18,424 nucleotides of DNA from Candidatus Bathyarchaeota archaeon (GCA_963833125.1 CAWHWX010000010.1:1-18424); one strand, 5' to 3'; counted from the first letter of the stretch, positions 8,542-17,037 are shown. A program made the numbers and translations. The notes: generated by a model not told the origin, from the letters alone.

Positions 8542-8559
8542 GGGAACATTGTTGTTCCC
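8542..8559. promoter_or_regulatory. Perfect 7-4-7 inverted repeat, operator candidate between divergent surface-protein genes
   Basis: GGGAACA-TTGT-TGTTCCC lies about 30 nt upstream of a TTTATTAA box (8590-8597). A GGGAACA half-site is also at 8483. Confidence 0.5.
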
Positions 8560-8656
8560 ACTCGAACTCTGAATCGAGAGCGAAGCAGTTTTATTAAGTT
8601 CAGTAACCGACCTCCGCGAATAGAGTGCCAAGTCTTGAGAAATGTGACAGCTGGGG

Positions 8657-9436
8657 TTGGAGTTACTGCTAGTCTTGTTCATGTTTCTCTTCATCTTGAA
8701 ACCACTTGTTCATGCAAGTACTCCAATAGTGTTCGACTCATCTGCCGCCTCTGAGTGTACGAGTTGTAGCTCGTTGACATGGTCGCATACGGTAGGGTCG
8801 GGTATTAACGGGATTCTCATCGTAGCAGTCTCCGATACTAATAATGCTCCGGCAACTAGCGTCAAGTTTGGCGCTGCGTCACTCTCTCCCTTGGGCAGCC
8901 ACTTTGCTGGGGGCGTTAATGTCGAGTTGTGGTCTCTTCTCAACCCGCCAAGCGGCGCTGCAACAATTACCGTCACGTTTAGCGTTACCATATCTTGCGT
9001 GATGGGGGGATCGGTCTCATACTTCAACGTCGCAGGCACAGGAACCGTTGTCTCAGCCGAAGGCTTTGGAACCGCTGCTTCGGTGACGGTGAGCAGTAGT
9101 AACACGGGTGACGTGGTTGTTGACAGGTTAGGAGTGCTCAACACTGTCACGGCGACTACGGTCTCTCCGATTGGTTCGGGTCAGACTCAACGGTGGAATT
9201 CAGGGCCAATCACTGATGGGCACGTTTTTTGTGTTGGCGCTGGAAGCGATGAACCAGATTCACCGCCAGTAACCACGACATGGTCAATTTCTCCAAGTTC
9301 CAGTTGGTCGTTGATTGCAGTCCTACTCACACCAGCCGCGACTATTGTTCCAGAATACTCATTGGGCATTCCGCTGCTAGTGATCCTCATGATTGTCGGG
9401 TATGGGTTAGTCAAACGCAAAGCCGTCTATTCCTGA
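8657..9436 (+). CDS. Secreted Ser/Thr/Val-rich beta-strand surface protein with PEY C-terminal tail
   Basis: Signal peptide ending ...PLVHA; beta-rich body (LTWSHTVGSG..GILIVAVS, ELWSLLNP.SG, GQTQRWN); tail VPEYSLG-TM-KRK. The true start may be TTG 8635 if one extra G at 8653-8661 is removed. Confidence 0.82.
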   Translation: MELLLVLFMFLFILKPLVHASTPIVFDSSAASECTSCSSLTWSHTVGSGINGILIVAVSDTNNAPATSVKFGAASLSPLGSHFAGGVNVELWSLLNPPSGAATITVTFSVTISCVMGGSVSYFNVAGTGTVVSAEGFGTAASVTVSSSNTGDVVVDRLGVLNTVTATTVSPIGSGQTQRWNSGPITDGHVFCVGAGSDEPDSPPVTTTWSISPSSSWSLIAVLLTPAATIVPEYSLGIPLLVILMIVGYGLVKRKAVYS

Positions 9437-9707
9437 GTTCGGTCACTTTTCCTCGCTCATGCATTCCATCTTGTTGTAGGTATATGAGCTCAGCATGGGA
9501 TGTGCGGTATTCATGGTTGAAATCTCTAATTAACCTCAAAACTGGGGCGTATGGCGCCCCGTCGATTTGAATTAGGCCTAGAAGTCTGGCGGAAAAGGAT
9601 TAACGGGATGTTTGCTGTTGCGTAAGGTGGCTAAATTGACACGGTTTAGGGATGAATCGTTATCTCTATGTATTGTTATCTATCAAGATAGTAAAGGAAG
9701 ATAGAAT

Positions 9708-9914
9708 TTGAAAAGTTTCGTAGTCGAATACGTTCGTGAAAGAGGAAACGCCGATGCATCAGAGGTCCTAGATGACTATATGCAGTACCTTAACTTCCGC
9801 GGATATGTAATGCGCCGCAACAACCGCAGCAAGGCTCAAACGGATCATGTAACCTCTAGCCAGAAGCCACTTGCGATTCATCTAGTAGACCAACCACTTC
9901 CGAACCAAGCATAG
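9708..9914 (+). CDS. Small hypothetical protein
   Basis: 68-aa ORF whose first half looks helical (DASEVLDDYMQYLNFRGY), after an AT-rich upstream region. No family recognised. Confidence 0.4.
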   Translation: MKSFVVEYVRERGNADASEVLDDYMQYLNFRGYVMRRNNRSKAQTDHVTSSQKPLAIHLVDQPLPNQA

Positions 9915-10065
9915 TTTGCGTCATTCGTTCCTACCATGAGGAGGCGCCTGCCCGGCAGCCTTACTCACCTGCTTTCAGAAGTGTTTCGGAATTTGAGTTC
10001 AGCGTTTCATTAGCCACAATGACCCGCCTGGCCCACTACGTTTAATTGATAAGTGGAAATCAGAT

Positions 10066-10170
10066 GTGGTCGATTTCGTCGGACCGATTCTTTATCCTAC
10101 TTTGCAAGGGCTTTTCGACCAAAACCTTTCCTCCGGGCTTGCTTGGTACTGGAAAGGAGATTTCGTTAAA
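10066..10170 (+). pseudogene. Remnant of an FAD-linked oxidase (berberine-bridge/6-HDNO-like) gene
   Basis: VDFVGPILYPTLQGLFDQNLSSGLAWYWKGDFVK resembles, from recall, the internal segment D..GPMPYP.LQ..FD...P.GL.WYWK.DF of these ~460-aa enzymes. No flanking parts are visible. Confidence 0.55.
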
Positions 10171-10570
10171 GATGGAACGTATCACAAAATGGGGCGACGA
10201 CGTTCTGCGAAGCCTCGCATCCATATTCTGCAGGAGGGTCGTATGTAAATTTCATGATGAAAGATGGACGAAGTCGAGTAGAGGCAAGCTATGGAGATAA
10301 TTACAAGCGCCTATCCAAAATCGAGAGGAAATATGATCCCACAACTCGTTCCGAGTAAATTAAACAAACGTTCCGCCCTTTTCATTAGACTAGGCTACCA
10401 GTCCATCTTTTTTCTTAGGAATTCTCTGAGAAACCATTCCTGTTTCTCGTGAACCTGAATCACACGCGTGAACAGGTCCGCTGTTCCCGGGTGGCTCATG
10501 TTCAGGCGAAACTTCCGGGGATGGCCACGAACACGCTTGCGTTGCCGCAAGCCTCGTGTTTTTGACCATG

Positions 10571-10594
10571 TAGCTGGTCGCCGGCGACTAACTA
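10571..10594. terminator. 24-bp imperfect palindrome just past the extended DUF5658-like gene end
   Basis: TAGCTG-GTCGCCGGCGAC-TAACTA has a perfect 12-bp core, with 10 of 12 arm positions pairing. Confidence 0.4.
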
Positions 10595-10599
10595 CCTGG

Positions 10600-10956
10600 T
10601 CAGGAACCAACTTTCACGACTTTCTTTGCGGTCTTCTCTACTTTCTTGGCTGCAACTACAACGTTGTTGGCCACCGCGACTGCGAACATTAAGATTGGCG
10701 CGATGAGCGTGGCCAGGGCAAGCCTGAAGTTCGATCGGCGTGCAATCCACTAAACAATACCCAGGATGGCCGCGGGGACAACGACTAGTTTCATAAATAA
10801 TGAGAGTGGGGAGAATGGGCCACCTAGCAGCAGCACGAATGGGTTTGCTTCAACCGCTTTCCCACTGCTGACTCCTATCCACGTGGATATGACGTCGGCT
10901 AGGTTGATTATGAGAAGGACGCATGCGAGAGCGATTAGGATCCTGGAAGTTTTCAA
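10600..10956 (-). pseudogene. DUF5658-like 3-TM membrane protein interrupted by an in-frame TAG at 10750-10752 (118 codons if read through)
   Basis: Motifs NLADVIST, G.AVEANP and FMKL are present. After the TAG the same frame continues WIARRSNFRLALATLIAPILMFAVAVANNVVVAAKKVEKTAKKVVKVGS*, supplying the third helix and the NN motif. Confidence 0.72.
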
Positions 10957-10995
10957 ACTCAGAGAATTCGGACGGCCAATTCATCGGATATCTTC

Positions 10996-11035
10996 AAGAG
11001 TGCACTAAGAGTGCACAAGAGTACTAGAGTGCACT
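10996..11035. repeat. Four tandem copies of (A)AGAGT(GC)AC(T)
   Basis: AAGAGTGCACT, AAGAGTGCAC, AAGAGTACT and AGAGTGCACT start at 10996, 11007, 11017 and 11026. Each has a palindromic core (GTGCAC or GTAC). Confidence 0.75.
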
Positions 11036-11222
11036 AGCGATTGACCCCTAAAAATGGAAATTCGATGTCAGGACTGACAAAATCCTCAAGAAGATACAAG
11101 GAACAGAACAAGAATAAGTAATCAGACTCGATGTGTTCCTTTACTGAAACACTACTGTACTTAGGTTTCATCCTAAACCCAGCGCGATGAGGTGAAAGCT
11201 CAAAGCTGGCAGCAATTACGAA

Positions 11223-11235
11223 GCTTATAATAAGC
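11223..11235. promoter_or_regulatory. TATA-like box embedded in a palindrome upstream of ice-binding gene 2
   Basis: GCTTAT-A-ATAAGC ends about 57 nt before TTG 11292. Confidence 0.4.
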
Positions 11236-11291
11236 GTTAAATAGCAACGTTACCTGAGGACGGTTAACTCTAAATAATCTGGCGAATTTTC

Positions 11292-12233
11292 TTGGCGATT
11301 CATAAAAAGATAATTAACAGAGTAGTTGGGACTAAGAACGGTAGAGCAACGATTTTCGTTTCAACCCTGCTGCTTCTCACAGTATTCATAGTTGCGGCCA
11401 ACAGTTTCGCGGTGAACCCTGTTTCAGCAGCGTTCTCGCCATCGTTGGGGGCTGCACAAAGTTTCTCGGTTCTGGGTGGCCAGGCAGTGACCTGTACTGG
11501 CGCAAGCCACGTGAGTGGGGATGTGGGTATCGCCCCAGCAGCTGCTACTTTCATCACTGGTTTTCCGTCACCGTGTACTATCGGTCCTCCAGGCGCGAAT
11601 CAAGGCAATGATGCAGCCGCGATTGCGGCTCAGGGTGCGGTCGGCACTGCATTCGGCCAACTCGACCAGGTTTGCACTCAAAGCTTCGGCGCTCAGGATC
11701 TCAGTGGATTGAGTCTCGGGCCGGGTGTCTATTGTTCCACCAGTTCCTTTTCGTTGACGGGAACACTCACGCTCACTGGGACGGGCGACTGGATTTTCAA
11801 GACCGTTAGCACATTCATTACCGGATCCGGTTCTCAGGTTGTAGGTGGCGACCCATGTAGAGTGTGGTGGCGGGTGGGCAGCTCCGCGACTCTCGGTTCA
11901 GGCAGTGCGTTGATAGGGAATGTTATCGCTGGCACTGGCAGCGTCGGCTTGAACAGCGGTGCAGTCTTGAACGGTCGAGCCTTCGCACAATCTGGAGGGT
12001 CGGTTACGTTAACCAGTAATCAAGTGACCGGACCGAACTGCGCCATCGTTACCACGTCGATCGTCACTACCATTCTCACAACGATCACTAGCGGCGGCAC
12101 CACATTCACCAGCAGTATCATCACTACCATAACACAGATAGTAATTCCGGAGTATCCGTTGGGAGTGGTGCTGCTCATGATCCTGATGCTACCGATCTAC
12201 ATGCTGCTCAAGAAAAGAAACAGCGGCAAGTAA
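11292..12233 (+). CDS. DUF3494 ice-binding-family protein 2 with signal peptide, Thr/Ile-rich linker and PEY C-terminal tail
   Basis: Intact ORF with LGAAQSFSVLGG, GDVGIAP, PGVY, TGTLTL, WWRVGSSATLG, LNGRAFAQ..SVTL. It is a close paralog of 6133-7093. Confidence 0.92.
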   Translation: MAIHKKIINRVVGTKNGRATIFVSTLLLLTVFIVAANSFAVNPVSAAFSPSLGAAQSFSVLGGQAVTCTGASHVSGDVGIAPAAATFITGFPSPCTIGPPGANQGNDAAAIAAQGAVGTAFGQLDQVCTQSFGAQDLSGLSLGPGVYCSTSSFSLTGTLTLTGTGDWIFKTVSTFITGSGSQVVGGDPCRVWWRVGSSATLGSGSALIGNVIAGTGSVGLNSGAVLNGRAFAQSGGSVTLTSNQVTGPNCAIVTTSIVTTILTTITSGGTTFTSSIITTITQIVIPEYPLGVVLLMILMLPIYMLLKKRNSGK

Positions 12234-12575
12234 TCACACCGCACTTTCAGCGAAGCCTCCGTTGCGGCTTACGTATGAGGATGCGAATGTCTAGTCGTTG
12301 GCAAGTCTGACTAAACTCTGACACGGTGGTGGCCGTGTTCTTGGGTGATTGAAGCGTTCATACCGAGGCTAGGCCCGGCTGCTACTAAATCACGCCACTC
12401 TCAGCGAGGTACGTAACAGTTGCAATAGGCGTCCTGTATGTTGGGGGCTTGAGAGAGACTCCCTAAAAATGTGTCTCGACTTGCGAACGGTGATTGAAGC
12501 ATAGAGCCCAGACGCGTCAGTAAACCCACTGTTGAAGCTAGAATCATTAATGACCCGTAGACGTAATTTCTTGTC

Positions 12576-13027
12576 ATGCGCCGAATTATGAAGTCAGATG
12601 AAATTCGTCAATATCTGGATAAGCCGCTGCTAGCGCGGCTGGCTACTAGCGATGCAGGTTGGCCCCATGTTGTGCCGGTCTGGTTTGAATTTGACAAAGA
12701 AAATTTCTGGATTCCAGCTCAGGCAAAGACAGTGAAAGTCGAACACGTTAGGAGAGATAAACGCGTGTCAGCTTGATAATTGATACCTACAAGGAGCCAA
12801 TCAGCAAATTCAATGTAAAGCAGGTGATGGTCAAAGGAGAAGCAGAACTAATCAAAGACCACGATCTGGAAACTAATCCATCTAAATCAAGAACAATCAG
12901 CATCTACCGCCGGTATCTTGGGAAAGAATCAGAAAATGTTGAGCTTGTGTCAAAGCTTTTGACCATTGAAAGATATCTGATCAAAGTAAAACCCGTGCGT
13001 ATCGTCGCAATAAGCGAAGAATGGTAA
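12576..13027 (+). CDS. Pyridoxamine 5'-phosphate oxidase-like (split-barrel flavin/F420-binding) protein, frameshifted near 12765-12772
   Basis: ARLAT...GWPHVVPVWF, K...VRRDKRVS, then LIIDT...VMVKGEAE...I.VKP.RI. Removing one GT from GTGT (12765-12768) gives RVSLIIDT and 149 aa. Confidence 0.85.
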
Positions 13028-13094
13028 CAGTAAACAACCCTTCTCTTCGTAGCATACCTAACCGGAACAGAGGCACAACACGTTTTAGCTATGC

Positions 13095-14459
13095 ATGAAA
13101 ATACACTTCATGTTGGAAACGCTCTTGGAGAAAGGCTTGAGTTTTGATGACATAAGGAGCTTCTCGAAAGCATTCAACAAGAACCCAAGAAACACACTTG
13201 CCTTGAATGCTGTTACAGAGAATGGAATAGCTGCAGTTGCGTTGAGTAGAAAGGAGGTGGATAGGCAAAATTTCACGTTCAGCAATCTTATCGAATCCCC
13301 AGATGCAGCCAACCAAGAAAGGTCCGGGAGATGCTGGCTTTTCTCGGGGCTAAGTGTGCTCTCTCTTGAAGCCATGAAAAAGTTGAACCTGAAGACATTT
13401 GAGCTCTCTGAGATATACCAGATGTTTTGGGACAAACTCGAGAAAGCCAACTACTTCCTGGAAACCATTATTGAAACAAAGGAAGAGCCCCTGGACGGGA
13501 GGCTGGTTAATTCACTTCTTTCCGATCCAACATCAGACGGTGGCGAATGGAATATGTTTGTGAATCTCATAAAGAAATACGGCGTCATACCAAAGACGTT
13601 CATGCCAGAAACAGCCAACAGCAACAATTCCGACCCCATGAACGCTCTACTCGCCTCCAAACTCAGAGAATACGCTAAGGTACTCCGTGACATGAATGAG
13701 AGTGGAGCCTCTGAGATAGAACTAAGGGAGAAGAAGAGTGAGTTCATGGAAGAATTCTACAAGATGCTGTGCATCAACCTGGGTGTCCCTCAAGAGACAT
13801 TCGACTGGGAGTGGCGTGACAAGGACGGCTTTTTCCACAGAAGGGGAAACATTACCCCAGTTCAGTTCTACAATGAGTACGTCGGGGTAGCGCTCGACGA
13901 TTTCGTAACTCTGATAAACGCTCCCAACAAACCGTTCAACAAAATATACACTGTTCAATATGTCGGTAATGTGGTCGGCGGACAAGATACCCGCTATCTA
14001 AACGTCGACTTGGAGACCATGAAGAAGGCAACCATAGACATGATCAAAGGAAATCGTGCGGTATGGTTCGGCTGCGACGTGGCCAAGATGCTTCAGACGG
14101 ACATGGGGGCAATGGATCTGAGCATATACGATTACGAATCGGTCTATGGCACGAAATTCCTACTCGACAAAGCTGCAAGATTGGATTATGAAGACAGTGA
14201 AATGACCCACGCCATGGTCCTTACTGGGGTTGACCTCGATGAGCAAGGCAAATCGAGAAAGTGGAGAGTTGAAAACAGTTGGGGAGCCGCCGTTGGAGAT
14301 CAAGGGTTCATGTATATGATGGATGAGTGGTTTGATCAATATCTCTACGAAGTTGTTGTCAGAAAAGAGTACTTGTCCCCAGAATTGCTGAAAATCCTCG
14401 ATACTGAACCCGTAGTTTTGTCTTTCTGGGACCCCTTGTGCTCATTAGGAAAGAGCTGA
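13095..14459 (+). CDS. pepC: Aminopeptidase C / bleomycin hydrolase (peptidase C1B)
   Basis: NQERSGRCWLF (catalytic Cys), FWDKLEKANYFL, DGGEW, VWFGCDV, MTHAMVLTG (His), WRVENSWG (Asn), terminal WDP. Confidence 0.96.
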   Translation: MKIHFMLETLLEKGLSFDDIRSFSKAFNKNPRNTLALNAVTENGIAAVALSRKEVDRQNFTFSNLIESPDAANQERSGRCWLFSGLSVLSLEAMKKLNLKTFELSEIYQMFWDKLEKANYFLETIIETKEEPLDGRLVNSLLSDPTSDGGEWNMFVNLIKKYGVIPKTFMPETANSNNSDPMNALLASKLREYAKVLRDMNESGASEIELREKKSEFMEEFYKMLCINLGVPQETFDWEWRDKDGFFHRRGNITPVQFYNEYVGVALDDFVTLINAPNKPFNKIYTVQYVGNVVGGQDTRYLNVDLETMKKATIDMIKGNRAVWFGCDVAKMLQTDMGAMDLSIYDYESVYGTKFLLDKAARLDYEDSEMTHAMVLTGVDLDEQGKSRKWRVENSWGAAVGDQGFMYMMDEWFDQYLYEVVVRKEYLSPELLKILDTEPVVLSFWDPLCSLGKS

Positions 14460-14580
14460 GTCCAGACCAGAGATTACTGAATCGCATTACTCAACGAACC
14501 CACATCTCCCCGTAGTTTTGGGAGACTATCTAACAGGTGCAAAAGAAACTTAAGCATCCAGGCGCCAACACTGATCGAAA

Positions 14581-15061
14581 GTGTTCAATTTGGCAAGAAG
14601 AACGTATACGGAGAGTCATTCTCTACATGTTTCAAAGATAATCAAAGCCCCTCTTCGATTTGTCTATGATTGGTGTACTGATTATAGGGACAGCGATCCA
14701 AAGCTAACTGGTTCAAAGTCAAAACGCAAGATACTGCTAAAGAACAAACATCGGGTGGTTTACGTTGTCAATTATAAGAGTCGAGGTACGCCAAGAAGCG
14801 CAGTGGATGTCGTTACGCTCTACCCTCCTAGAGGCGTGGCACCTCGACTTTACGGGTGATGAGGACGACGAAGTAGGGGATTATGCTCTTACCTCACTCG
14901 GACCGCGAAAGACTAGGCTTGACATGAAGTTCAAGGAGCATTACAAGATAAGCAGGGCGCCTACCAAAGCACAAGACGTGAAAAGCACCCACGAAGTCTG
15001 GGACAAATACGTGGTAGCACTCGAAAGAGATTTCGCACGCAAGAAGTCGCGTCAGAAATGA
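14581..15061 (+). CDS. SRPBCC/START-like fold hypothetical protein, frameshifted near 14833
   Basis: The N-terminus VSKIIKAPLRFVYDWCTDY is SRPBCC-like. Removing one G gives LYPPRAWHLDF, continuing to YALTSLGPRKTRLDM and a C-terminal helix (159 aa). Confidence 0.7.
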
Positions 15062-15158
15062 TAACGTCACAATAAACGGAACAGCTTTCATTACGTGGTA
15101 AAGTGAGGACGAGAGTTATCAGTTTCCTTATTACCGCGCTCAGTCGTGCTGCGATCTC

Positions 15159-15596
15159 ATGTGGATAAGTTATTTTGGAATTCGAGTAACTGACTTTGAA
15201 CGTTCCAAACGTTTCTACATGAAGCTCTTCGATCTAGTGGAGTTAGCGGGTTATAGTGGTAAGGAGTCGAAGTATGTTCTTTTCAAGGATCGGCAATCGG
15301 GGCAGAGGCTCGAATTGAATTGGTACGCCAAAAGCTCACCCTACGCGACCCCTTACTTTCCAGGTGAGGGTCTCGATCACATCGGCGTCAGGGTAGGTAA
15401 TGTCGCCGAGACCTTGCAGCGGCTTTCGGAATTAGGGATCCAACCGTCCACTAAGGAGCTTGCATCAACTGAAGACATTTGGACTACATCAAGCGGCCAT
15501 CACGTTGCTTACATCAAAGATCCTGACGGGAACTTTATCGAGTTGTATGATCATCCGGAAGAATCTCCCGATGGTCCGGTTCCGGACCACTACTGA
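15159..15596 (+). CDS. VOC/glyoxalase-family protein
   Basis: GIRVTDFERSKRFY, RLELN, GLDHIGVRV, AYIKDPDGNFIEL. Confidence 0.93.
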   Translation: MWISYFGIRVTDFERSKRFYMKLFDLVELAGYSGKESKYVLFKDRQSGQRLELNWYAKSSPYATPYFPGEGLDHIGVRVGNVAETLQRLSELGIQPSTKELASTEDIWTTSSGHHVAYIKDPDGNFIELYDHPEESPDGPVPDHY

Positions 15597-15716
15597 TTAG
15601 GTTCACCAAATCTAGACCTCCGATTGTTTAGTTATTTCAAAGAACCGGGCAATCGCGAGTAAAGTGAGTTATATACGTCCGTGAACGACCTTACGTAAGC
15701 TAACCTTGGCGATTCC

Positions 15717-15830
15717 TTGCACCACGTCAATTGTTCAGAGTGCGGATGCGTATTCCTTGCAGGCTCCAATGGGGATACGGTCTGCCTCAACTGCACTTCA
15801 TTTCTTGGGGCGCAAACTTGGAGACGTTAA
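15717..15830 (+). CDS. Zn-ribbon microprotein (37 aa, not in ORF track)
   Basis: From TTG: MHHVNCSECGCVFLAGSNGDTVCLNCTSFLGAQTWRR*, with CxxCG and CxxC. A TTATATA box lies at 15669-15675. Confidence 0.6.
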   Translation: MHHVNCSECGCVFLAGSNGDTVCLNCTSFLGAQTWRR

Positions 15831-15954
15831 TCTGAATCATGCCGCCGATTGATCTATACCCCAGAAATCACAATTTCCAAACTGCTTGAAGATTCGCGGC
15901 CAGCGGACTAAGCCAAAGCGACTGAATAACAGCAGGAAAATCTCGTAGAGTTGC

Positions 15955-16119
15955 TTAGCGCAGTTGGAGAATACGTCCGCCGCATCTGGCGCAGGTGGGA
16001 ACGATATTCTTGCCATCAGTCTGAGGGAGGCTGCCGTCACACGTACAGATCGACTGCCCTTTACCCTCCCTTAGAACCAGAACGTCACGCTCCTTCACGC
16101 GGGGCTTAATCGTCTCCAT
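15955..16119 (-). CDS. Small Cys-containing Zn-ribbon-like protein (54 aa)
   Basis: METIKPRVKERDVLVLREGKGQSICTCDG...PTCARCGGRI. The TTATAA at 16147-16152 sits 28 nt upstream of the ATG at 16119, favouring this start over 16143. Confidence 0.55.
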   Translation of the reverse strand: METIKPRVKERDVLVLREGKGQSICTCDGSLPQTDGKNIVPTCARCGGRILQLR

Positions 16120-16292
16120 CGTATCCAGTCGCCCTTGGTTCATGTATTATAAGAGATTTTGCACGATTCGTGGTCCAGATTCGAAAATTCAATTTGCGGT
16201 GCCTATTTGATTAACATTCGAAACTGGCTTCTCCGACTATACAGTTGCGCTCGTCCTGGGAAAGAAAAGTTTAGCAGGGGACCCTCTCCGCT

Positions 16293-16607
16293 TCACTCTT
16301 TGCTCCAGGAATGACCACATTTCGTGCATGTGAATCGCTCCATTGCTCTCTCCTGTCGTACGCCTGCGTGTTCGCCAGATACGAAGCCTAAACTGTGGAA
16401 CGCTTCGTTGTTGCCGCAGAGAGGGCATGGCTCATTTACTTTCATGTATTCCAGTTTCGAGGTGTCTAGGATTTCAGTTGGATTATCGGCTGCCTTAATT
16501 TTCACGACGTCGACTATCTCAGTTTTCATTTGATTGCCACACTTCGAACAAACATACCCTTCCTTAGTCATCATCATGTAGCCCCCGCACTTATCGCAAA
16601 ATTTCAT
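16293..16607 (-). CDS. Transcription factor S / RpoM-like paralog with an atypical C-terminal hairpin
   Basis: Two Zn ribbons: MKFCDKCG...YVCSKCG and CPLCGNNEAF...FTCTKCGHSW. The canonical QTRSADE motif is absent. Confidence 0.87.
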   Translation of the reverse strand: MKFCDKCGGYMMMTKEGYVCSKCGNQMKTEIVDVVKIKAADNPTEILDTSKLEYMKVNEPCPLCGNNEAFHSLGFVSGEHAGVRQERAMERFTCTKCGHSWSKE

Positions 16608-16782
16608 TTCATGCTGCCTACTCTGGTTCTAATTGATGGTGGAAGAGTGCATGCCATCGGTTGTGGTGTCTTCTCGTTTTCCCGTTTTCAGACAGAGTCT
16701 GTTTTCTTTGGAACTCCCTAAATGCTCCAGTTGGATCTAGTTAAGAATGAACAGGGAGTGATGTAGGTTTACCGGTGCTCGT

Positions 16783-17037
16783 TCAATTTATTGTTGCTTT
16801 CGAGGCGCTGTTCTTTGGTGAGGCTGGGTTTTCGATTATCAATGAGATGCCAATTATTGAGACGGAGATGGATACAAAGGCAATCATTAGGGCTGTGGGA
16901 TCGATATCTGATTTCTGTACTTGAAATGAGATGAGCATTCCCACTAATCCAACAACAGTCAGTACGGTTCCTGCGGCAGTCTGTAATTTGAGGTGGGGGA
17001 ACATTCCGTTTCTAGCCCCATTCGGGTATTCATTCAC
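16783..17037 (-). CDS. Small two-TM membrane protein
   Basis: Two hydrophobic helices. Its start overlaps the stop of the upstream gene, suggesting translational coupling. Confidence 0.65.
   Translation of the reverse strand: MNEYPNGARNGMFPHLKLQTAAGTVLTVVGLVGMLISFQVQKSDIDPTALMIAFVSISVSIIGISLIIENPASPKNSASKATIN

Noticed and set aside
10996-11035. CRISPR array
   Set aside because: The units are 9-11 nt and contiguous, with no spacers or cas genes.
11165-11205. Hammerhead-like ribozyme (GATGAGGTGAAAG)
   Set aside because: No CUGAUGA core and no convincing three-stem arrangement.
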